Shown here in pieces: positions 48,901-57,916 of a DNA stretch of 64,000 nucleotides. Below the pieces are notes generated by a model, which was not told the origin of the DNA, searched no databases, and saw nothing but the letters and a program-made list of their open reading frames with translations. Source of the DNA: Pavona decussata (Eukaryota); the NCBI GenBank assembly GCA_977016875.1, contig CDRNST010000015.1:4898001-4962000 (forward strand). Direction: 5' to 3'. How positions within the stretch are numbered: position 1 is the stretch's first letter; the number at the start of each line of letters is the position of its first letter. A program made the position numbers and the translations under genes.

Positions 48901-51900
48901 ACTTAAAAAAATCATCAAATCTTCTTTGTTTTTGCTCTTGCGAAGAGCACTTACTAACTTCTGGGCATATCCAATAATGACGTTTGAGGATTTTACATTT
49001 ATGTAATCAAGGACTTGTTGGACTTGTCTGTAGAGTTGTTGTTCATCTTTTTTCGTGTGAAATTTATTCACTTCTTCTTCAGAGTAATGACTGATTTTGT
49101 ACTGAAACAAATTACATTTGGGCTTCATCTCCTTTTCGTGTTTTCTCTCAAGAACTTTTCTCTTCCTTTTCAAGGGTAAAGCAACATAGTTTGGTGTTAC
49201 TGCTCTGGAGTATGAACTAATGAATGAATTTAAATTGATGTCTTGTTTTTCAGCCTTGATAAGCAGACCCTTTGCCAACGTAGAATTGCCTTCCATATAC
49301 TGCTGGACTGTAACTTCCCCACCAGCAATCCTGCTTCTCTGAAGGCTGAAATAATTCTCAACATCATCCTGATTTGTGGTGCGTGGAACTATTTTGGTTT
49401 CTTTATGATACATTTGAATGTAACTAACCAGTCCAATAAAACCTCGAATGGACCGTATCATGTCTTGAAATGTGTGTCTTGAAATAAACTGTTTCCAATG
49501 ATCCTTTAAGCTGCCTTTGCGGCTTTTCAATGTGTCTTGAATGTTATTGTTCCATCTTTTAAAAAACAATATTGTTTGTAGTAGGTGACGTTTTGCATTC
49601 TGATCAAGTGTAAGGCTGTTCATTATTTGGAAATATTTTGCAACTGTCCTCAGGTACATTCGTGTCATCAGAGTCTGTTCAAATCCAAATTTGCTGTTAA
49701 ATAATATGTCATCAGCAACCTCGTAAGAGCAAGTTTCAACAGCCCTTTTAACAGACATCGTATTTCTAGTTGTTAGGAAAAGATGCTTAAATGATAGTTT
49801 GGTGAAACCACCCTCAGCTACATCCAACAAGTGTGACAAGATGATTTCAAAGCCATTATACTTGAGATGGCGATTTTCTGAAATGATGAAATTTCTCATT
49901 TTCTTGATCATGTGGGGAGGATCAGATAACCAAAATATTGGTTATTGTTATTGAAAGGGTTGTCAGTCATCCAATTAACCTGACGATGTTGATCAGTTGA
50001 AGAAGGCTGCACAATGAGTTGCACTATCACATACCCCATAAAGGACCTGAACTTGTTTATTGAGATTTTCTCCAAAATTGATCTCACTCAGAACTTTAAT
50101 TGTATTCCAGACACAGTGCCCTGACATTTCCGCATTTATCTGATGCAGTGGAAAACTTGCTACTGGCCAGGTGAAGTCTCCTTCAATTGAGGACCAGAAA
50201 AATTGCAGAATCATTTTTGCCATGCGAGGCTTGTCGGTACCGCGCTTCTTCTTCATAATCGGATACACCAGAACTATCATCATTAGAGGCTTCATTTTCA
50301 CTGTCAGAGTGAACTAAATGAGCCGCAATTTCTTGATCTGGTTCTTCCTTATAGTCTATGGTCTGGGAGATCCTTGCTGGTATTTAAAGATCTTCAAACC
50401 CCACTGGTTGATTGGTTCTTGCACAGACCTTTATGCCTTTCTTAATGTAGATTTCATCCAAGTGTATACCACCTATTCCTTGACTCTTTTGTCTTGTGAG
50501 TTCTTGAGAAAATAATTTCAAGTTTTCTGATGAAATTGGCTGATACGATTTGCAAGATTGTCTGTATGCATTTACCGTTGAAAGGAAGGGAATAGGGAGC
50601 ATCTCTTTTACCAATTCGTACCCACTCTTGCCACATTTGTTTGCTAGTTCCACACACCATTTTAAGATAACAGGGTGAAAACGCATCCCTTTAGGGTGTA
50701 CTTTGTTAACAGATTGATGAATCTGTTTCTCGATCTGCAGTTTCTGCTTTTATAACGGTGATGTCACAATATTGCACAACAGGGCATATAAAACAGAATC
50801 CTTATTGAGGTATTCTTTAGGTATCGCAAGTTCCACTAAAGACCCAAAACCAAGGGCTGTGAGTTTGACATTAGAGGGAAGGTCTACAAGCTAGGTTCTC
50901 TTTTCTTTTCTCCTCATTTAGTCGCATTTGAATCCTACTGTTGGATTTCTATAAGTGTTCTACATATTCTGCCATTTTTCGACAACGGAAAAGAAGTTGT
51001 TTGTGATCCAAGGAAGACATTCTTGTTGTTGATCGGGGAGACATGCTATCGTTTGTGGAAGAGTTGCAAACTGTGGTGTGATATGCATGCATTTTGCGAA
51101 CACAATGTCTTAAAAAGTTGATGACATGAGTCACATCTTATCTGAGTAGTTTTGGATGCTTACGGTAAGACAAACTGACATTCTTTACCATTGAGGCCAG
51201 TGCTTCGGACGGTTTTATAAATGGCTGCCATTTTCTTCTTAGGATGATTTAGAATGTGCGTTTCATCTATGTGAAATTTCTTTTTCCATCTTTAAACGTG
51301 TTCCGTTGGTTGTACTGTTTACAGACTGATACCAACTGTTCTTCGTAAATTCCATGGCACAAAGGCAGAGTTTGTGGGTTGAATTTCTGTGGTAAGGCAA
51401 GAAAGTGACATCTTTTTGTGCGGTTGAAGAAGGAAATGTATCCGTACTTCTTTTCCAAGAACAATGAATTTAGCTATGATTGCATCTTTCAGGAAGTTTA
51501 CTGTCAATTTTGTTGTTGTTAGTGGCCAAACCATTGATAAATTCAGTTTTGGACACAGTCAAATTGGGGTTTTGCATCATAGCAATGAAGAGGTTGTCTC
51601 CTCCTTTTGTGGCTTTTAAGAGACTTTCAAGTACATCCCGCACTTTAAATTGATGTGCCCATAATTCTTTTGATGATAATACATGCTGATCTTCTGATTT
51701 CTTTTGTAATTGATGACAAGGAGGGTGTTGAATTACTGATTGCTTTGCATTGGTAATTTTAGTTGAATGGACAGGTTTAGGAGTTGCTGAGAGTAACTGA
51801 TTGATTTTCTTTTGTTGTTTAATTCAGACTCTTTTTTTGCTCTGACCATTTGGATAAATGGTTCCTTGCATTTCATGCATATATATGAAGCTGTTTGGGA

Positions 51901-54900
51901 TGCAATATCAACAGTTTGATACAAATGGTCATTTTCTATGACCTTTGAAGTTTTTGTACAATACTCCGTGAAAAAGAGGCATGATATTGCTCTGTTGACT
52001 GTCAGGCCAATGCTTGATGTATTAAGACTGTGGTAATTACAGGACTGTAATTTAGTTGTTTTTATTGTTTTGTTGCATACTGACCATGTTCGGTCCGTTA
52101 GATAAATACCATTCCATGACTGCTGGTTGTGACGCCGATGGTCTTTGTTGTAATGCGCGTTACACACCTTCAAGCTCTCAATTTCACTTTCTTTCAAGCC
52201 AATAAAAACCTTGTCAATTTCATAAAGACCCTTGAGTACTCTGACCGGCTCTTTGCTGCTGTTCCACAAGGATTCTTGCTGTCAGAAATGGCAAATTTGG
52301 TAGTGAAAGCTATAAAAAATAATAATAAAAAATAGGATAAGGTAACCCTGCACTTTTCATTTTTTTGTATTTTGCTACTTTTAATAATTTTGCTTATCTC
52401 TAACAAATGTCCCACTACCCCAAAATTTTCTTTTTTGGATTTCAGTAGCCCATATTAAACGTCTTCTTTTTCCGCATAGTACACAAATCAGTGACAAATA
52501 ATGTACACAAATTATCTTCTGTATTAAGAGACATCGTCCTTAAGCTACCCTCCCCCGACACCCCATCCTAACTTATAATTAGACAGTAATTATTTCTAGA
52601 TGGAAAAGAAGACGGGGGAAAGAATTGTGACATTGAGAGGAAAAAGTAATGGTACATCATAATATTCTGTTGTGAACCTGAGATTTAAAAGAGGTCCAAT
52701 AGAGTAATGAGTTATTTTTTCTGGGAGATACATGGGCTAAAGGAATTAGAACCCTATTGCTTTCTCAATTACTTGAAAGTAGGGAATGAGACTATACCTT
52801 TTAGAATTTCACTTTTGCTTTCTTGATCTTGCTCCTGGTTCTGTTCAACCACAGTCTCGTCAAAAAAGTGTTGATTACTGCTACTGGGTCTTGGTCTAAA
52901 ACCTGATCAAATGGATTAGTTTGTTTTATCATTTGAATGATAGAATTTGTTTGTAAATTGCATGCCAATTCCAGTTCTCATAGTCTATTACTGACCTTTG
53001 ATTCTTTTCTGTAGAAAAGAGGTTCTCGCTTTAACCATTTGTACAATGCAAGTCTCTGTTGTTGAGCTTTCTTTAACAGTCTTTTTTCTTTTCTCTTCAG
53101 TTTGTTTAGTCTCCTCCACTTTTTGCCTTATGCCTGTTTTGCCTAGGAGAGTATTACTGATATTACTATTTGTGCATGTGTACAGAGATGTTCAACCTAC
53201 TTTGTTTGATTGGAGGAATTTTCACGTGCTGCCATCTTAACAAATTCATATTTCATGAATGCATTATTCTATGACATTAAACAGACTATAAAAATGTTCT
53301 AACCTTCATATCATGTGCATGGGGAAGACGCATTTGTTGAAGTTTTCTTACTAAAGAGTGCATCTTCACTTTTACTGCATTTCTCCTTTCCAAAAAATTG
53401 ATTGTAACTTCGCTTAGAGCGAGAAAAATAAACAAACATTAAACAATACCAATAATATTAGCGATGCCGTATGGGTGCAATTATACAAAAGATATCTAAC
53501 AAAAAGTGTAGTACAGGAGTAGTAACTAAAAAAAAATTACAAAAATCATATGACTATATTATTTACTTGAATGGGGACGCCCGAGGACACAGGATTTATC
53601 CAGCTACGATCTGATATTTTTGCTGTTATTTACGTGTTTGAAACGATTAAAATTTTTAAAATCTTGTGTTTTGCAGACGAACAGTCAGATGAAGTGTTAA
53701 TTTCTCCGGTTTATGCTACTACTCAGTTTCAAACTTGACTTTTGGTGGGGATTTAATTTATTATCCGCAGTCTTCTTTTGCGTTTAATCAAACTCTAATA
53801 ATTTTAAGTAAAGCCTGCTCAGAGATACGAGTAAAAAAAAAAAAAAAAACAGTTTAACGACCTACCATTTTCAAGAATGCGTCATCTTTGTCCTTTGAGC
53901 TTCGGTTAATATTTTCTGCATAGCCCTAGGAATCGATTGTTTCATTAGAAATGGAGTGATTGCGTCAGATGTATGACATTGCAGATAAACTTCTCGTAAT
54001 TTGACGCTATTTTATAACATGATTTAGCGGATGTGCTAAAAATCATAGCAAAACAAAAAAAGGACAAATAGACTTTGTAAGGGAGTTTTTCCTTCAGCTT
54101 ATTGTCCATACTTTTCGCGGGTGTACCGCCATCAGCTGCTTAAAGACACAATCCTGGCGCCCCAAAAATGCGCTTTAACTGACTGATCATTTTTGTTTCA
54201 CTGTTATGTGATTTATTTTCAAGGCCATTCCAAAGTTTTGAACCATTTCGATGTCACATTTTTCTCTCGACAGTTTAAGTTGCTCGGTTTTTGCGTTGTC
54301 GATCGTGAAAGATGACAACCCTTCAGTGATCCGTCGCATTTTCATTTTGCTCGACGTCTAAATTTTGTTAATTTTTGTGCCTTGAACCTTTTAGTACCTG
54401 GAAGATGTTTAAGTTCTAGATACTTGACTAATAGCTTGACACATACCTTTCGACTTTGTTCACCTTTGCTGTACACTGTGCGACTAATATCCGTCGGAAA
54501 CATTTTCGCGGATGATTGTTTACAAACTTATTCAAAGTTCGCGGGTTTTACAGGAAGTGACGTCACGATGGCCCGTATCATCCGGACAGCCAATCCAATA
54601 GCAATCTCGTACCCAGAGTCCTCAGGCTCTTTGGCCAGCGGTTAGTCGCTAGGAGAGACTCTGGGGACATCGAATTTTATTACTGCAGGATTTTTGCGGT
54701 AAAACAACGGAAAACGTTACGGAACAGCCAATCAAAAAATTTGAATTTTTTTGATGTCCCCAGAGTCTCTCCTGGCGCCCACCCGCTGACCATAAAGCCT
54801 GAGGACTCTGGGTACGAGATTGATCCAATAGCGAAAAGCCGAAGTTGACCCCTCCCTCCTGGGTAAGTACCTACGGTCTTTCCTGGCGACAAACCGCTGA

Positions 54901-57088
54901 CCAATGAGCCTGAGGACTCTGGTTACGAGATTGTTTACTTTGCTGATCATAACGATAGCCACAGGGAGACTTGAAAAACAAAATGTGCGGGTGCTATATT
55001 AGTGTTTGCGTGGATTTGATACACGAGTAAAAATAGTTAGATAAGTATTAAACATATACTTCGCGCATGAGCTTGATCGATAACAAACACCAAAAAAGTG
55101 GAAATTATTTTCGATCCGCGCAATTCAGATCCTAATCAATAAAAGATTGCCTAACCAACATCACCAGCCTTCCGCCATCTTGAAGTGGGCGTAAAAAAAA
55201 ATGTCCTCCAAGGCCCACACCATACATTTTGTTTTTGTATTCCTGACCTGATAGTCCGCAGTACTCGCAGTGCTCTCAGCGCTCTGATAGCTCGGAACAT
55301 GCGCAGTAATCTGAAGATGGCGGCCACGTCGAAGGAGCCAACATTCTGCACGATCAGCGGGAGTAGGAAGTCCACCATGGTGAAGAGAACGATGAATAAG
55401 TCTGGGCACAAGCGAGAAATACACGAATGTTACAGAACTCAACCATTTAAGATAATATGTTCACATTACATGTCGCAATAAACGAGTATAGTTTGATTTT
55501 CCATGGAGCCTGGTGGGAAAGCTGGGAGGAGCGAGAAGCAGAAGTAGCGAGAACCAATAGTTAATAAAGGATATGGAGAGCAGACGTTGGAAACCTCTCT
55601 ACTTCTCCGCCTCCTCTCTTCTCAGTTGAAAAGAGGGTTAAGGTGACTGAGATAGACTATTCGTAATACGTGTCCTACTCCATAGATATTCGTCTAAGTT
55701 TACTTTCAGAAAAAACACTCATAATAAACATATAAACGTTACGGCAATTTCAGTTACTAAAGGGGAAACAACTGTTTTTTTCTTGAGGGGGGGGGGGGGG
55801 TGGGTGGGTGGGGGACTGGAAAACCTGATGGTTACCGCAAGGCCAATGATAGAAGATGCCAGCATATGCAAAGGGGTGAGAAATGTGCAGTGAAAAAGAG
55901 ATTTACGATAAGCTTATCAGTTTTTAAAACATTAAAAAATTCCATTTCTTTCGTGCCGAGTGGCACTTATATTGAAGTCAATATAACAATAAGATTAAGA
56001 TAATTTAGAAAACATTCTTTTACGGAAAAGCACGGCTTACAAATGCAGGATTTAGTTAAACAATTCACAGATGGGATGTCTAAGGTTTCTAGAAAATTCT
56101 TACGTCGGATTTTATCTGTCAGTAGATAAGAACAAGAAAGAACATTTTGCAATACCCATGATGTTCCATCCCGTCGTGAAGAAGGACGATCGAAGCGCGT
56201 AAAGTTTGAGCACAATCTCCATAAAATATATAGCCAGGAACACATTGTCCAGAGCAGAGAGATACCATCCTATGTATAGGACATAAACACAAACAAACAA
56301 ACAAACGAACTAGAAACAAGTTCAAGAAACTGTTTTGACTTGCTAGGTCTATAATGGTACTAAAGAGAGCTTCAATTTTAGTAAATTTTGAGCACAATCT
56401 CCATAATATATGACCAGAAACACGTTGTCCAGAGCGGAGAGATACCATCCTTTGTATAGGACGAAAACACAAACAAACAATCTAGAAACAAGTTTAAGAA
56501 ACTTTTTTTGATTAAACTACGTTTACGAAGGTACTAAAGAGGGCTTAAATTTCCTATAACGACATCTCTAAACTGAACGTTTTTCTTTTGGCGTTTCTAA
56601 TTTGTTAATTATAAAATGTGTATCTAGTTTCTAAAATTTCATCAAATAGGTTTGTAATGGATCTAAATCAAGGACCAGTTTAATAAAACTGTTAACACTT
56701 GCAGTTTTAAAGCTGGGCCGTTGGTTCGACAAGCGTACTAAAATGAATGAACTAAATGAAAAATTCATGAACGAGTTCAATAATTAAGTATCGTTAAAGA
56801 ATTCTAACAATGTTTAAAAATACGACCTCCTGTATTTACACATCTTTGCCGTCAAACGTTTGCACGGATTGGTAAAAAATGGCCGGCCAAATTGGATTAA
56901 CACCTACCTGCCTTTATGGAAAATCCTTCATCTGTTTGCATCACTAAAATCACCGTGTTCAGCAGAATCACGAACAAAATGCTGACACTGAATATTTTGG
57001 ACTCAGTCAGCTCGTAAATGAACATTCGGAACTCGCCAGCTTTTTCTAGAGCCTTTGGAAAATGCTGTTGCTGATGACTTCGTTTCAT
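36936..57088 (-). CDS. CATSPER1: Cation channel sperm-associated protein 1 (CatSper1 pore subunit), about 383 aa, 11 exons
   Basis: Minus-strand exons 57088-56908, 56269-56156, 55401-55248, 45375-45284, 44572-44423, 41684-41621, 40990-40882, 39054-38994, 38371-38290, 37704-37590, 36965-36936 total 1152 nt in frame. 6TM channel: S1 LLNTVILVMQT, S4 FRLLRMFRAIRALRALRVLRTIRFL, pore FTLFQLITLDDW (CatSper1-type TLDDW), S6 ENFIFMNLFVAVLVDNFQ, C-terminal EYFTLLASLEYNMQE..NDLVD. The last exon is less certain. Confidence 0.88.
37726..38013. mobile_element. MITE, TAGAGCGGTTTTCAAT family (other copies about 10885-11120, 13065-13338, 34180-34395)
   Basis: Inverted ends TAGAGCGGTTTTCAATG / CATTGAAAACCGCCCTA with internal repeated GATTGG motifs. 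Confidence 0.7.
40392..40585 (-). mobile_element. tRNA-Thr-containing SINE-like repeat
   Basis: Same family. TSD AAACCACGTT at 40382-40391 and 40586-40595. Confidence 0.8.
42140..42930. repeat. Repeat with a terminal hairpin of about 150 nt (42780-42930)
   Basis: AATAGAGTTGATGTTC..GGGCGTAAATATGTTTTTGGCCC / GGGCCAAAAACATATTTACGCCC..GAACATCAACTCTATT inverted repeat; related motifs at 42150-42230. Confidence 0.55.
43484..44074 (-). mobile_element. Non-autonomous hAT-like element with a dimerization-domain remnant, nested in another MITE (about 43322-44150)
   Basis: TIR (C)AGGGGCGTAGCGT..GTACGCACG at both ends; minus-strand TMMDERLSSLAILHINRHKNVDIDRLVTEF is hATC-like. Confidence 0.7.
45643..45861. 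mobile_element. MITE (CAATCTCG family) inserted in the left TIR of the P-like element
   Basis: TIRs of about 65 bp (CAATCTCGTACCCAGAG..CTCTGGGTCCGAGATTG). TSD TCGGTTGTC at 45634-45642 and 45862-45870. Confidence 0.9.
47425..47573 (-). mobile_element. Internal right-end TIR of a related P-like family member
   Basis: Diverged copy of the 54480-54861 terminus (CAGGAAGTGACGTCACGATGGCCCG...GCGAAAAGCCGAAGTTGACCCCTCCCTCCTG) without the MITE, followed by GTAAGTAC at 47574-47581. Confidence 0.85.
47582..48886 (-). pseudogene. Two CCHC zinc knuckles plus YqaJ / lambda-exonuclease-like (PD-(D/E)xK) domain, frameshifted; probably the C-terminal part of the transposase ORF
   Basis: CFKCGEEGHWANQC and CYKCGQTGHLKKDC; QQGSDAWKQARRGKVNGS, AMRWGSMCEDHAIATY, WLGVSPDGLVDED, then after a frameshift VVEIKCPY..YNPQCQLEM..FVCWTP..RDDKF..LKKFWQ. 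Begins exactly where the transposase frame stops (48883-48886). Confidence 0.85.
48883..50686 (-). pseudogene. P-element-type transposase, disrupted by stops and frameshifts
   Basis: Fragments in order: RFHPVILKWC..GYELVKEMLPIP..STV (P-type HTH region), IHLDEIYIKKG..VGFEDL (1st D), LQFFW..FTWPVASF..GVCDSA (2nd D), SDPPHMIKKMRN (DxxH), TNQDDVENYFSLQRS..GG (catalytic E). Confidence 0.88.
54602..54822. mobile_element. MITE (CAATCTCG family) inserted in the right TIR of the P-like element
   Basis: Same family. TSD ATCCAATAG at 54593-54601 and 54823-54831. Confidence 0.9.
56202..56550. repeat. Tandem duplication of about 180 bp covering the acceptor and 5' part of CATSPER1 exon 2
   Basis: TTTGAGCACAATCTCCATAA..TTGTCCAGAGC.GAGAGATACCATCC..CTAGAAACAAG..GGTACTAAAGAG present twice. 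Confidence 0.85.
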
Positions 57089-57169
57089 GATCGTTTCTCG
57101 AGTGCTATTCTCTCAACTTACAGCCAGTAAAGAGTTGTACTACAACTGCTGCAACGTCCTTGTGGAGGA

Positions 57170-57179
57170 CGCCATTTTG
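57170..57179 (-). promoter_or_regulatory. YY1-like CAAAATGGCG motif marking the probable CATSPER1 TSS region; also opens a short uORF
   Basis: Minus strand CAAAATGGCGTCC reads MASSTRTLQQL* and ends upstream of the CATSPER1 ATG at 57088. Confidence 0.45.
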
Positions 57180-57614
57180 AATTATGGGCGCGAAAGGGTT
57201 TAGGGGTAAGATCTATTTCGTATCCAGGATCTTCTGGGTCTCCTCCGATGCGCTTTGGAGGAGGAGGAGGACAATGGATGGACTCTGTGATAGAAGGACA
57301 GAACAAGTTGCCTTCGCTGAGATTCCTAAGAATAAAGTTCCGACAGGATATTTAAATTAAGTAATGGAGAATGCTTAAAGTTAACAATTTTAACGTCAAT
57401 TGAGGGATTGTTTCGATGTCCTAATTTGCCGTTATGTTCCTTTTCTATTTAGATCCTCTTTTTCAGTTTTAGGGCCTTTCAACTGAAGTTGAGAGATCAG
57501 TTCATGGTGAGGTTCATGGAGCATAAGTTAATACAGCAGTAGCTACACACTCTTGAATTGAGAACAATTTGATCGTTACGTAGTCTAACTTGGTTTTACG
57601 ACCAATTTAAAGTT

Positions 57615-57916
57615 CATTCACCAGGCTGGAAATATACCATCACATTTATTTCATATACCACACGTTTGACATTCAAATCCTAGCAGTATGGAGGATGTTT
57701 GTCCCATGAACCTACTTTATTGCCCTTAGCTCCCACGAGTCTCCTGTAGCTCAGTGGTAGAGCATCCGAACTAGTAATCGGAAGGTCTTAGGTTGGACTC
57801 CTGATAGGAGCACTCGGATTTCTTTTTTCCGAGTATGCCTGTGTCACTTTAATTTCTAGAATAATACATCATTCTCTTTCATTCACCAGGCTGGAAATAT
57901 ACTATCACATTTATTT
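57615..57916 (+). mobile_element. tRNA-Thr-containing SINE-like repeat, slightly more than one unit (terminally redundant)
   Basis: tRNA-like segment about 57740-57812 (anticodon stem TCCGA/TCGGA around AGT). About 39-nt direct repeat CATTCACCAGGCTGGAAATATAC.ATCACATTTATTT at both ends. TSD CAATTTAAAGTT at 57603-57614 and 57917-57928. Further fragments at about 3410-3510 and 27580-27735. Confidence 0.85.

Larger units (their letters stand above)
45608..54861 (-). mobile_element. P-superfamily DNA transposon, about 9.3 kb, decayed, in CATSPER1 intron 3
   Basis: Ends CAGGAGGGAG(A/G)GGTCAACT...AGTTGACCCCTCCCTCCTG. Imperfect TIRs of about 90 bp, each interrupted by a MITE. 8-bp TSD GTAAGTAC at 45600-45607 and 54863-54870 (one extra G at 54862). 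Contains a P-type transposase remnant. Confidence 0.85.
45440..54933. mobile_element. Split MITE (CAATCTCGTACCCAGAG family, Mutator-like 9-bp TSD) hosting the P-like element
   Basis: Left half 45440-45599 and right half 54871-54933 rejoin into one MITE. TSD TTTACTTTG at 45431-45439 and 54934-54942. Confidence 0.85.

Noticed and set aside
57740-57812. Functional tRNA-Thr(AGT) gene
   Set aside because: 8-nt anticodon loop, imperfect acceptor and T stems, and embedded in a dispersed TSD-flanked repeat.
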